64,000 nt of DNA from a virus (IMGVR_UViG_3300025154_001556); one strand, 5' to 3'; shown: positions 49,294 to 57,828, counted from the stretch's first letter. Translations and numbers: made by a program. The notes: generated by a model not told the origin, from the letters alone.

Positions 49294-49530
49294 TCACCTT
49301 GGTTTTAGAGTAAAATCATCACTCTCTAAATTAATTTTTTCTGGTTTTGTTGCTTGGTGGTGAGGGTTATAACCCGGTTGTGGAAAGCTACCACCTTCAC
49401 CCCTATAATTTCTTGGGTAAGCATCAAATTTAATAAATCTGTCTTTCTTATCAGTACTTAGTGGGTAACGCTCTTGAAATTTTGTAAATGTAGGTTCTCT
49501 AAATTCACTAATATCTATCGGCATGATCAA
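49294..49530 (-). CDS. Hypothetical protein
   Basis: 78 aa; GGAGG RBS. Confidence 0.45.
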   Translation of the reverse strand: MIMPIDISEFREPTFTKFQERYPLSTDKKDRFIKFDAYPRNYRGEGGSFPQPGYNPHHQATKPEKINLESDDFTLKPR

Positions 49531-49551
49531 TAACCCTCCAAACTAAATTTA

Positions 49552-49605
49552 TTAACAGCCACCCTTACCGCCCTTACCACCTTTCTTAGTATCTTTCTTA
49601 GCCAT
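49552..49605 (-). CDS. Small basic peptide MAKKDTKKGGKGGKGGC (not in ORF track)
   Basis: ATG at 49605 to TAA at 49552, filling most of the gap between two genes; KGG triplet repeats. Confidence 0.4.
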   Translation of the reverse strand: MAKKDTKKGGKGGKGGC

Positions 49606-49627
49606 GTTAGCACCCAACTATTGTATG

Positions 49628-49897
49628 TTATTTATTTTTAACAAACTCATCATATTCCTGCGTGTATGATGCAACAGCTTTATTAATAGACTCTTTATTG
49701 GATTGAATGAAGCCCATTAAGTCAAAAGCAAAATCAGGAATTACATTACCTTTCCATTCGTAGTTAATAGAGATATATTCCCCTTCACCTTTCTTAGCCA
49801 CTACTGAAGCATAGTTGTAACCTTCTTTGCTCTTTGAGATGCTTGTATGCATAACCTCATCAGGATTAATTGAAAGTGTCATTGTTTTGCTTGCCAT
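49628..49897 (-). CDS. Hypothetical protein
   Basis: 89 aa; AGGAG RBS. Confidence 0.5.
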   Translation of the reverse strand: MASKTMTLSINPDEVMHTSISKSKEGYNYASVVAKKGEGEYISINYEWKGNVIPDFAFDLMGFIQSNKESINKAVASYTQEYDEFVKNK

Positions 49898-50499
49898 GTT
49901 CGTGTCTCCTTTATGTTTAGTGTGTTTTCTAAAAAATAATCTAATTTTTTATACAAATCTTCTGTGGTTCCATCATTAGCAACTGTATAATGGATAGTTA
50001 GCTTGTTATCATCTAAGGCAGTCTCAGTCTCATGATCTTGTCCTTGAATCCTGGGCCTTTCTTTTCTTGTAATCCTTATATGATAACCACCTCTGTCTAA
50101 GATGGCCTTTACTTCATTGGGTTGTCTTACGTCTGTAATAATTGTGTTACTTTTACTAAAATCCTGTATATTACGAAACAAAGCTTTAACCCAATAGTCT
50201 TTATCAAAAGATCTCATAAACTGCCCATAAGATTGCATCATCTCTCTTGGAGTCCAAAAACCACCTTCTTGTTTGGGGTAACGCTCATCAGGTTGTTCTT
50301 TTAAATTACCATATAGTTGATTATGGCTTAAATCAAATTTCTCTAGCAACTCTTGCTTTAACATGTTGGCAAAAGCGGTTATAGATGTATTGTAATAAAC
50401 CGCGCCTATCTTGTTATATAAGTAAGTACCAGCTGTGTCTTTACCTGATCTAGCCTTTCCTGAAATACCTATTAAAATGTTTCCTTTAATACTTTCCAT
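49879..50499 (-). CDS. Deoxynucleoside monophosphate kinase
   Basis: IGISGKARSGKDT, FANMLK, TPREMMQSYG, IITDVRQPNE and HETE motifs; likely start ATG at 50499. Confidence 0.85.
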   Translation of the reverse strand: MESIKGNILIGISGKARSGKDTAGTYLYNKIGAVYYNTSITAFANMLKQELLEKFDLSHNQLYGNLKEQPDERYPKQEGGFWTPREMMQSYGQFMRSFDKDYWVKALFRNIQDFSKSNTIITDVRQPNEVKAILDRGGYHIRITRKERPRIQGQDHETETALDDNKLTIHYTVANDGTTEDLYKKLDYFLENTLNIKETRTWQAKQ

Positions 50500-50513
50500 T
50501 TGTGTAAATAACC

Positions 50514-50795
50514 TTACGTGAGTGTTAAGCAAAAAGAGTTACCTTGCCTTTTTATTCTGCCTGATGAGAAATTGTCTTGCCTAACCTGAGTATCGTAGTG
50601 ATATTCAGGTTTTATTACTTTGTTATTATAGCAGATACATTCTATATTGTCAAGTATATTTTTTTCAAGGGTTGTATTATCAACAACACAATTAACAATT
50701 ACCGGCATATCATGTATAAGCAATAAAATAACTTTATATCTGATATTTAAACAAATTTTATTTATCTTTTTAAAAAGTGTATTTACTAAGTTCAT
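50514..50795 (-). CDS. Hypothetical protein
   Basis: 93 aa ORF in the coupled gene run. Confidence 0.4.
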   Translation of the reverse strand: MNLVNTLFKKINKICLNIRYKVILLLIHDMPVIVNCVVDNTTLEKNILDNIECICYNNKVIKPEYHYDTQVRQDNFSSGRIKRQGNSFCLTLT

Positions 50796-51049
50796 AATTT
50801 AAATCCTTTTAACTTTTTAATGCTTTTGCTTAACTCGTCGGTTTCTTTTTTTATAGTAGTAAATAGTTTATTAATAGATTTGTCCCAATCATCCATTGAA
50901 TTATCTTGTCTATCTATTTCTAGCAATTTAACTAAGTACTCCTTGCACATAGTATTATCAATGCAATGTTTGTCTTTGCAAACGCATCTAATATCAAAAT
51001 CTTCTAATTTTACCCAATATCTATCAACCAACTTCGGTACTCCAATCAT
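50792..51049 (-). CDS. Hypothetical protein (Cys cluster plus coiled coil)
   Basis: 85 aa; CVC..C..C. Confidence 0.45.
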   Translation of the reverse strand: MIGVPKLVDRYWVKLEDFDIRCVCKDKHCIDNTMCKEYLVKLLEIDRQDNSMDDWDKSINKLFTTIKKETDELSKSIKKLKGFKL

Positions 51050-51449
51050 TAGCTTTTATGTAACGAATTAATTTTAAGTAGTCTTCTAATAAACTAGCCC
51101 TGTCTTTCATTATAGATAATATATCAATGTGCATAGTATCACTATTTATTAAAGTAGTGTATAAATTTAACCTACTTTCCAAAGTAGCTGCTATTTCTAA
51201 AGCATCAGTTATATTAATTTTATTACTGTCAACAATTATATGGTTATCAGTATTACATTTCTTTAATACAACTTTTTGGCTTTGTAATTGATCGTATAAA
51301 TTAAATAACTTTATAATACATTCTTTATACATCTTGGACAGACTGTCTCTGTCACCAGTAATATTTTGTAGCCTACTTATGTAGTTCTCTAACTCTTTAA
51401 TCTCATCTTGTGTTTGTAATTTACGTAAAACTAATTCAGCCACCAGCAT
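51024..51449 (-). CDS. Hypothetical helical protein
   Basis: 141 aa; GAGG RBS. Confidence 0.5.
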   Translation of the reverse strand: MLVAELVLRKLQTQDEIKELENYISRLQNITGDRDSLSKMYKECIIKLFNLYDQLQSQKVVLKKCNTDNHIIVDSNKINITDALEIAATLESRLNLYTTLINSDTMHIDILSIMKDRASLLEDYLKLIRYIKANDWSTEVG

Positions 51450-51461
51450 ATGTAAACCTCA

Positions 51462-52145
51462 TTATAGGAATGTACCACAACTACCACAGTATTTTATGTA
51501 AGACTTCCAACGTTTTCCACAGGAAGGACATTGTTTTTTGGTCTTAGTCATTATAGGTGTTTTTACTTCACGTTTAAACTCATCACATCCTTGTAATTTA
51601 AGTGTAATAACATATGACTGTGTCTCTAAAATACCCGTATGTGTTGTTATAAAATCTTGTTTTGTTGGGGTTCCTTTTACAGTTATACCAGATGAACTAT
51701 ATGTATTAGAAGCACCAGCTACACCTGCTCTATAACCTATCACGTCATAGCTTGATTTAAAGCCCGACAACTCTTTAATAAAATCTCTATAAGGTATCGA
51801 TGGTTTTTCAAAAGTATACTCTACCCTAACTATGCCATCATCTAGCCTGTCTCCTCTAAAATCTGATATAGCCTTAGTCTTCTGTATAAATCTAAATTTA
51901 TTATTTACACTTAAATTGTCTAAGGCACCTTGTAATTCTACTATATCATTAGCCGGAACAACTATCTGGTTACCATTTAGTACAGATAGGCCATCAATAT
52001 CCACAGATACCACCGCTCTACGTGAATCATAGTTTTTTAGTACAATGGTGTAGTCTGAACCAAAAGGAACAGTAACTACACCATCTATTTCTCTAAGTAC
52101 TTTACCATTGTGTTTTAATATAACTAAAAAATTGTTTTTATACAT
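51462..52145 (-). CDS. Hypothetical protein with C-terminal zinc ribbon
   Basis: 227 aa; beta-sandwich-like N-terminus, CPSC..CGSC; AAGGAG RBS. Confidence 0.6.
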   Translation of the reverse strand: MYKNNFLVILKHNGKVLREIDGVVTVPFGSDYTIVLKNYDSRRAVVSVDIDGLSVLNGNQIVVPANDIVELQGALDNLSVNNKFRFIQKTKAISDFRGDRLDDGIVRVEYTFEKPSIPYRDFIKELSGFKSSYDVIGYRAGVAGASNTYSSSGITVKGTPTKQDFITTHTGILETQSYVITLKLQGCDEFKREVKTPIMTKTKKQCPSCGKRWKSYIKYCGSCGTFL

Positions 52146-52206
52146 AATGTTCTCCTTTAAAGACCCCCAGCAACGGTCTTGGTTTATACTGGATGGATAA
52201 TTGTTA

Positions 52207-52688
52207 TTATAAAAGCTTTACTTCTGTTGCCTGAATACCCTTTTCTGTATTCTTTAAAATAAAACTTACTGGTTGGCCGGCTTTAAGTGTTTTATAGCCG
52301 TCCATATCAATACTTGTAAAGTGGATAAAATACTCTGCGTCTGGATTACCATCAATCAACACAAAGCCGTATCCGCGGTCATTACTAACATTTTTTTCGA
52401 GTTAGTTCGTTACACTAACCCCGCCTATGCAGGCTGCTTTATGTTTCCATAAAGAAAAGACTATATCAAAATCCTGTTAAGGATTCTCCCCATTTCGGAC
52501 CACTTGGTCCTACGAGCCTTCGCTCTAGTCGTTGAACCTTCCTCTTACGAGGCTTGGCTGCTGATTATCTTCGACATTATTCGCTAAGATTTTCCAGCAA
52601 TTAAAGGAGTTTCGATACATTGTTACCAATGTAAAGGGCTCTACATAATGAACCATTTAACTGTTCCGTTAATTCTTTCTTCACTCAT
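52207..52688 (-). CDS. csp: Cold-shock domain protein (72 aa), split by a group I intron: exon 1 52652-52688, exon 2 52207-52388
   Basis: Spliced product MSEERINGTVKWFSNDRGYGFVLIDGNPDAEYFIHFTSIDMDGYKTLKAGQPVSFILKNTEKGIQATEVKLL has RNP1 (RGYGFV) and RNP2 (YFIHFT); exons sum to 219 nt; AAGGAG RBS. Confidence 0.9.
52389..52651 (-). ncRNA. ORF-less group I self-splicing intron (263 nt, IA-type)
   Basis: Core elements AATTGCTGGAAA (P), AATCAGCAG (Q), TTCAACGACTA (R), GATATAGTCT (S); exon 1 ends in U with U-G in P1 (UAAAUGGU/GCCCUUUA); terminal G; P10-like UCAUUA/UAAUGA; P2 UACAUUG-GUAA-CAAUGUA; P7.1 and P7.2 hairpins; P8 AAUCCU/AGGAUU; P9 CUUUAUG-GAAA-CAUAAAG. Confidence 0.9.
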
Positions 52689-52745
52689 AATTCAAACTCC
52701 TTTGGTTTTTATTTGTATAAAGGTAATTTTAATTTACCCGGTAAA

Positions 52746-53189
52746 TTAACTTAAAAATACTTTTTTCTCTGCCTCTCTTCTATTTACCAAACCAGCAACT
52801 ACCTTACCGCCGGCTTTTCTCCACAACAAGAAACTACTTGCTGCCCCTTCATAATCACCTATATTTAGTTTCCTTAATACAGTTGATTTTGAAAAATTAC
52901 CTAAACCAATGTTATAAGCTAAACTAACCAAAGCATTAAATTGGTTTTGTGTTACTTTAATTTTTACAAACTCGTTAACACTTTCAGCAAAAGTCGCTAC
53001 TACATGATTTAGTATTTCAGTAGCACGTTCTTTAGTTATAGGGGCGTCTGTTAACTTAACTTTTGTACCATCCTCGTAGTAAGTATTACCATAACCTATG
53101 GTAGGAATACCTGCTGGACATAGATAAGGCTTTGAACTAAATCCTTCAAATTTTTTTATTAAATCTAAACCTACTGTATCTATTTTCAT
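52746..53189 (-). CDS. Endolysin, GH24 phage lysozyme
   Basis: LIKKFEGFSSKPYLCPAGIPTIGYG, QNQFNALVSLAYNIG, GLVNRREAE. Confidence 0.92.
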   Translation of the reverse strand: MKIDTVGLDLIKKFEGFSSKPYLCPAGIPTIGYGNTYYEDGTKVKLTDAPITKERATEILNHVVATFAESVNEFVKIKVTQNQFNALVSLAYNIGLGNFSKSTVLRKLNIGDYEGAASSFLLWRKAGGKVVAGLVNRREAEKKVFLS

Positions 53190-53235
53190 TAATGTAACCT
53201 CCCTATTACTGTTTATTACAGAGGGTAGTTAATTA

Positions 53236-54225
53236 TTATAGTTGAGATGCCATTAAACAACCGGCAGCTACACAAGTCATAGGTGAGGCAGCCCTTCTAA
53301 TTTCACTAATCTTCATAGGTAATGTAATACCTGATAACCGCTCCTCAAACATTCTGGTAAAACCCTCCGCCAACGTTAATCCACCTGAAACTATAATAGG
53401 CACAGGTTCTCTAAAAATGGGTAGCCTCTTTTCTTGCTTTTTAAGCTCAAAAGAAATATTTTGCAATACATAATTTATTACAGATGAGTAGTAAACTGCT
53501 ATAGCCTCTGCTATCTTATCCTTAGGATTATACAAATCAATTCCTGACTCTTTTTCTAACTGAATCAATGATGGGGACATATCTAAGGCGGTGCCTACGG
53601 AATGGTCAATAAAATCTCCTGATCTTGTAACAGAGAATTCAACCAACGGATCACCTTGATGAATTACAGATATGTTAGCCATACCTGCGCCGAGCGATAA
53701 AGCAATGCCAGTTAAACCATCATCTAGTAATTCTGATAGTCCAATGGCAAATGCCTCATTGATAGGTTGAGGGGAATATCCCTGATCCCTAAAAAACATA
53801 TTTAACATCTCTTGATGGTACACAATATCAAACACAGCATCTACTGGTTTAGCTGGAACAGAATAAACTAATGTGTCACTACCATTACCTCTACCCACTA
53901 AATTTGAAAGTAGTACCTTTAACATAGGTAAGCTGTTTTTATCCTTAGGTGATATAACACCATTTAACATTGGTCTGCTGGAACTACAATTACGTTCCAT
54001 TGCTATGTGAAGAGCGTCCTCACCAATAATTAAAAAGTCCGCGTCGTCCTCAATAAAATTAACACCCCTCTTACTTAGGGACGTTTTAATTGATTGTCTA
54101 TTAACCTCACTTTTTGGCACTAATCTGTAAAAAGCATCCCGCTCTAATTTGAATATCGGGTTTCCCTCATCATCAACTTTTGCCACACATAAAGAATTTG
54201 TACCAACATCCACACCTACACTCAT
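53236..54225 (-). CDS. Actin-fold ATPase (volactin-like / MreB-FtsA superfamily)
   Basis: Phosphate-1 VGVDVGT, connect-1 PINEAFAIG, phosphate-2 SLGAGMANI, RSGDFID and adenosine IIVSGG; likely start ATG at 54225 with GAGG RBS. Confidence 0.85.
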   Translation of the reverse strand: MSVGVDVGTNSLCVAKVDDEGNPIFKLERDAFYRLVPKSEVNRQSIKTSLSKRGVNFIEDDADFLIIGEDALHIAMERNCSSSRPMLNGVISPKDKNSLPMLKVLLSNLVGRGNGSDTLVYSVPAKPVDAVFDIVYHQEMLNMFFRDQGYSPQPINEAFAIGLSELLDDGLTGIALSLGAGMANISVIHQGDPLVEFSVTRSGDFIDHSVGTALDMSPSLIQLEKESGIDLYNPKDKIAEAIAVYYSSVINYVLQNISFELKKQEKRLPIFREPVPIIVSGGLTLAEGFTRMFEERLSGITLPMKISEIRRAASPMTCVAAGCLMASQL

Positions 54226-54271
54226 ATTAATCCCTCTCATATTTTAGTTCATTAAAGTTTATTATACAAAC

Positions 54272-55246
54272 TTATTCCGGTAGAGATCCCAATAGATCCT
54301 TAAGCTTGGCCACTTTACTAGACATTTTCTCTTGTTGAGCTATCTTAACATCTTTAAAATTTAAATGCGGTGCCATACTATTTTTAGTATCACTTGGATC
54401 TATAAAAACCTGTTCCATTTTAGGCCTACTGCTTTCCGATACAACACTTTTGGTGGTTTGTGAGTCAGTTATCTGTATATTAACCGGAGTGCTTTTTAAT
54501 GTGTTTATAGTATCATCTTTAATTTTAATGATTTCATCTTTGGATTCTAATTTAGAATTAGCAACGGCTAGATCAGTTTTTATTTGGGCCAACTCATTTT
54601 TTAAATCAGTTATAGTTGCATTTAATTTATCACTATCACCTGAGCTATTGTGTGGATTATTTTTTAAGGATGTTAATTGAGATTTAGTAATTTCAAGTGT
54701 ATGCCTAAGCTGCTCTACTTCTAGTATTTTAGGCTCGTATAAATTAATCTGTTTTTTAAGTTCAATTACTTTATCTTCCGCTAAACGTAGCTCTTTGTTT
54801 AACTTAGCTGCTGTCTCTTGTAGTAAAAATAGCTGTGCTTGGTATTCACTTTTGGTTTCTTCTACTGCTTTGTCAACTAGAACTTTAATTTCTTTATTGG
54901 AAACAGCGTCTGTTTTTCCTTCTTCTAGTTGTCTTCTTAATCTTAGAATTTCTTCTTGTTGCTCTTTTATACGAACACTATGTTTATTTTCCATCTCAGC
55001 AGAAACCTGTAATATAACCTTATTTAACTCAGTATCAAATTCTTCGGCCGTGTATATAGCGGCTGTATTACCAGTAGTAGAGGTAGTGGTTAATTGTCTA
55101 GTTAGTAACTCTATTTGGTCTTTAAGTTCTCGTACAACATAAGAATTTTGCTCTAATTTTTGTCTTTGCTGCAAATCACGTGGTCCAGAACCACTTTTCA
55201 GTGGCCTGGACTTATCACGTGTATCTCTTTCTTTATTGTATTCCAT
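54272..55246 (-). CDS. Long coiled-coil protein upstream of the actin-like gene
   Basis: 324 aa with continuous heptads; co-oriented and adjacent to the actin gene. Confidence 0.6.
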   Translation of the reverse strand: MEYNKERDTRDKSRPLKSGSGPRDLQQRQKLEQNSYVVRELKDQIELLTRQLTTTSTTGNTAAIYTAEEFDTELNKVILQVSAEMENKHSVRIKEQQEEILRLRRQLEEGKTDAVSNKEIKVLVDKAVEETKSEYQAQLFLLQETAAKLNKELRLAEDKVIELKKQINLYEPKILEVEQLRHTLEITKSQLTSLKNNPHNSSGDSDKLNATITDLKNELAQIKTDLAVANSKLESKDEIIKIKDDTINTLKSTPVNIQITDSQTTKSVVSESSRPKMEQVFIDPSDTKNSMAPHLNFKDVKIAQQEKMSSKVAKLKDLLGSLPE

Positions 55247-55251
55247 TATAC

Positions 55252-55839
55252 TTATTTTCTTTTATATTCTACTTGATCAATTAAACCATAAGATTTGGCT
55301 TCCTCTGAGGACATGAAGTAATCACGATGCATATCTAATTTAACTTTATCAATATTTTGACCAGTCATTTCAGAGTACTGGGCTGCCATCTTATCATACA
55401 TCCTCTTAGTGTGCTCCATGGTTTGGAAAATGTCTCCTGCCTTACCTTGTATACCTGTTGATAGCTCATGAATCATAATCTCACAATTAGGTAGAGCGTA
55501 GCGTTTACCCTTCGTGCCGGCTGCTAATATAAATGAACCAGCGCTTGCCACTTGACCATAACCAATGGTTACAATGTCAGGTTTGATATAGTTCATGGTA
55601 TCGTAGATGGCGTACATAGCTGTAATCTGGCCGCCTGGACTGTTGATATACATGTAAATGTCAGAATCAGATGAGTCTGTTTCTAAGAACAGAAGCTGTG
55701 CTACAACTAAATCTGCCATATCTTGATTAAATTCACCAGATATGAAAATGATTCTGTCTTTAAGCATTCTTGAAAAAGGGTCGTATGCTCTTTCAGATTC
55801 TTCTCTACTTGATTTTTCAAAAATATAGGGTGTTCTCAT
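55252..55839 (-). CDS. clpP: ATP-dependent Clp protease proteolytic subunit
   Basis: DPFSRMLKDRIIFI, YINSPGG, VASAGS (Ser), IMIHE (His), RDYFMS (Asp), YGLID. Confidence 0.95.
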   Translation of the reverse strand: MRTPYIFEKSSREESERAYDPFSRMLKDRIIFISGEFNQDMADLVVAQLLFLETDSSDSDIYMYINSPGGQITAMYAIYDTMNYIKPDIVTIGYGQVASAGSFILAAGTKGKRYALPNCEIMIHELSTGIQGKAGDIFQTMEHTKRMYDKMAAQYSEMTGQNIDKVKLDMHRDYFMSSEEAKSYGLIDQVEYKRK

Positions 55840-55896
55840 AATTCGGTAATTCTCCTTAGTTCTAGTTAAAATCTTAAATAACCTTGTGTTCTGTAT

Positions 55897-55925
55897 ACTT
55901 TAACAACAAAAAAAGTATTTGTCAA
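55897..55925 (-). promoter_or_regulatory. Sigma70-type promoter upstream of clpP
   Basis: TTGACA (55920-55925), 17-nt spacer, TAAAGT (55897-55902). Confidence 0.5.
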
Positions 55926-56229
55926 GTTTTTACTACATTATCAAATGATTTATTTGTGCCAGAAATTGGTTGTTGTTGGTAACGGTTAAAGCAGTATCTA
56001 CGTTGCCTCAGGAATGGGGTTTAAATGACCGCTACACGATTTTTATATAGACAACCTAACTACCGACACATTGTAATTAAAAACAGCTCTACGGGGCTTG
56101 TATTGATTTATAACATTTGCAAAAGTTTGTTTTTAAAAAGTAGTTTTCTGTTTATGGTTGGTTGGCTTTATATTTTTTGAAAAAAAAATTAAAAGCCTAT
56201 ATTTTTATTATTAAACTATATTTAAATAC

Positions 56230-56314
56230 TAGTATACCGTTATTCTAGTATACTTGTTATTCTGGGAGGACATTCATGCCCGGTACCCACAGGGCGTTCA
56301 TGCCCGGTGCCTAC
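56230..56314. repeat. Two pairs of tandem direct repeats (iteron-like) beside an AT-rich tract
   Basis: TAGTATACCGTTATTCT / TAGTATACTTGTTATTCT (56230-56263); CATTCATGCCCGGTACCCAC / CGTTCATGCCCGGTGCCTAC (56271-56290 and 56295-56314). Confidence 0.7.
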
Positions 56315-56770
56315 CTACTTAATCTGCTGTTTTTCCGCACGTTCAGCTAAAGCTAACTTCATAAAGTGTACTTCGGAAAACAAGTTTTCTTTTATCTTAC
56401 CCAGAGAGTCAAACTCCCAAGTGCCCAGGATATAAATATTGTATGTCTTGTCATAACGTACTACTTTTTCTACCTTTATAAATCCCTGTTCTTTTAGCTT
56501 TTTTATTTGTCTACGTATAGATGTGACATTACAACCAGCTATCTCGGCCAGCGCCTCCTGAGACCAACTGGTGGCTAGAACATTCTTTTTATAGTGTGTA
56601 TGATATAAATCAAACTTACCATTATGTTCACTAAATCCTCTAATGATATTGGCTTTAAGAAATCTAAGTAATGCACTTTCAGGTGTTATATTAAATCTGA
56701 AGAAGGCTGTACTTTTTTCTATTAATAAATGGGTAGTAACATGTAAATTGTATAAATGCTTTTGGTTCAT
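56315..56770 (-). CDS. Winged helix-turn-helix protein (replication-initiator-like N-terminal domain)
   Basis: WSQEALAEIAGCNVTSIRRQIKKLKEQGFIKVEK; likely start ATG at 56770 with AAGG RBS. Confidence 0.65.
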   Translation of the reverse strand: MNQKHLYNLHVTTHLLIEKSTAFFRFNITPESALLRFLKANIIRGFSEHNGKFDLYHTHYKKNVLATSWSQEALAEIAGCNVTSIRRQIKKLKEQGFIKVEKVVRYDKTYNIYILGTWEFDSLGKIKENLFSEVHFMKLALAERAEKQQIK

Positions 56771-56786
56771 AGTAATACCTTTTCTT

Positions 56787-57098
56787 TTAAACAAACCACG
56801 GGTTAGTGTCATCTAACACGTGCGCATAGTACTCAAACATACTCTCATCAGATACAAGGGCTATGGCACTGTTATATAGATCCATAGCCTCATCATGCTT
56901 TCCTTCATCAAATAGTGCAACTACAGCTTGAACTTCTTCAAACTTTTCATGTAGTAAAGCTACGCCAGACATACGTAGTCTATTACATTCAGAATTCTCC
57001 TGTTTACTGTAATTACATAAATCCCAGCCGTTCTGAGCAAGATAGTCTATCAACTTAGTTAAGTATACTTTTTTGTCTTTTAGTTTCATTTTGACCAT
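56787..57098 (-). CDS. Hypothetical protein
   Basis: 103 aa; GAGG RBS. Confidence 0.5.
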   Translation of the reverse strand: MVKMKLKDKKVYLTKLIDYLAQNGWDLCNYSKQENSECNRLRMSGVALLHEKFEEVQAVVALFDEGKHDEAMDLYNSAIALVSDESMFEYYAHVLDDTNPWFV

Positions 57099-57139
57099 TT
57101 ATATTTACCTCTTAAAATAAAATATTAGTAGTTAAAATC

Positions 57140-57168
57140 ATAATAACACTAATATAGTTATTTGTCAA
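57140..57168 (-). promoter_or_regulatory. Sigma70-type promoter
   Basis: TTGACA (57163-57168), 17-nt spacer, TATTAT (57140-57145). Confidence 0.6.
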
Positions 57169-57416
57169 TAAATAAACTGGCGAGGTATTAGTTCCGGTAA
57201 TTTTTTTGTAAATTTATTACATTCTAAAACATCATAAGCTAAGTCCATACCTAATATTAAACAGGTTAGTTGTGCTACAGGTTCACCACCATTAGCATCG
57301 AAGTCATCAGGATCTATCCCTAAAAGATCGGCTGATTCTGTTGAATTAGGCATCAGTACACGCTCCATATAATGGTAGCAATTAGGACATAGAAATGTAA
57401 GCTCTTCTGTTTCCAT
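57165..57416 (-). CDS. Hypothetical Cys-containing protein
   Basis: 83 aa; CPNC; AGGAG RBS. Confidence 0.5.
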   Translation of the reverse strand: METEELTFLCPNCYHYMERVLMPNSTESADLLGIDPDDFDANGGEPVAQLTCLILGMDLAYDVLECNKFTKKLPELIPRQFIY

Positions 57417-57437
57417 AGCACACTCCTTAATATTTAC

Positions 57438-57650
57438 TTATTCGTGGCGTTGTTTATAAGCCCTATCTATTACTTCATCTTTTTTACCCTCTAATATTTT
57501 ACCTAATTCTTTTAATCTCTTGATTTTACAATTTATACTATCGGCCTGTCTTCCAGGTAATAATTCTTCCAATTCTTTAATAGTCATATTGTTATAATTT
57601 GATATTAATAGCCTCTCTTCTGTGTATGACCATCCTCTTCTTCTTGCCAT
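57438..57650 (-). CDS. Myb/SANT-like helix-turn-helix protein
   Basis: RRGWSYTEERLLISNY..ELEELLPGRQADSINCKIKRL; ATG at 57650 right after the upstream TGA. Confidence 0.55.
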   Translation of the reverse strand: MARRRGWSYTEERLLISNYNNMTIKELEELLPGRQADSINCKIKRLKELGKILEGKKDEVIDRAYKQRHE

Positions 57651-57651
57651 A

Positions 57652-57828
57652 TCAATACCTCTTATCTTCAAAAAATTCTTCCATGGTATTAACAACTTTG
57701 GTATTGTTAATCAGCTCCACCATAATTTCTAATATTTCTTTATTCTTGCTTTTTTCTAATACAGTATCAATACTCTCTAATAGCTTTTGTTTCTTTTCCT
57801 CCCACAAATAGTCTGTTAAATTTTTCAT
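57652..57828 (-). CDS. Hypothetical 58 aa protein (not in ORF track)
   Basis: MKNLTDYLWEEKKQKLLESIDT..FFEDKRY; GGTGAGG RBS; fills the gap. Confidence 0.55.
   Translation of the reverse strand: MKNLTDYLWEEKKQKLLESIDTVLEKSKNKEILEIMVELINNTKVVNTMEEFFEDKRY

Noticed and set aside
52207-52688. csp as a pseudogene broken by a stop codon
   Set aside because: The interruption has full group I core elements and correct splice-site U-G and terminal G, and its removal restores an exact 72 aa frame.
21790-56272. Shared 10-mer TGGGAGGACA in the tail-tube leader (minus strand) and the origin-like region (plus strand)
   Set aside because: A single short match among many possible k-mers, in opposite orientation; not distinguishable from chance.
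56243-56317. Possible TAG read-through or genetic code 15, since VGTGHERPVGTGHEC follows the wHTH TAG in frame
   Set aside because: No in-frame TAG was met in the stretches of the giant late gene translated by hand (over 4,400 codons) and other genes read normally in code 11; the peptide repeat simply reflects the DNA direct repeat.
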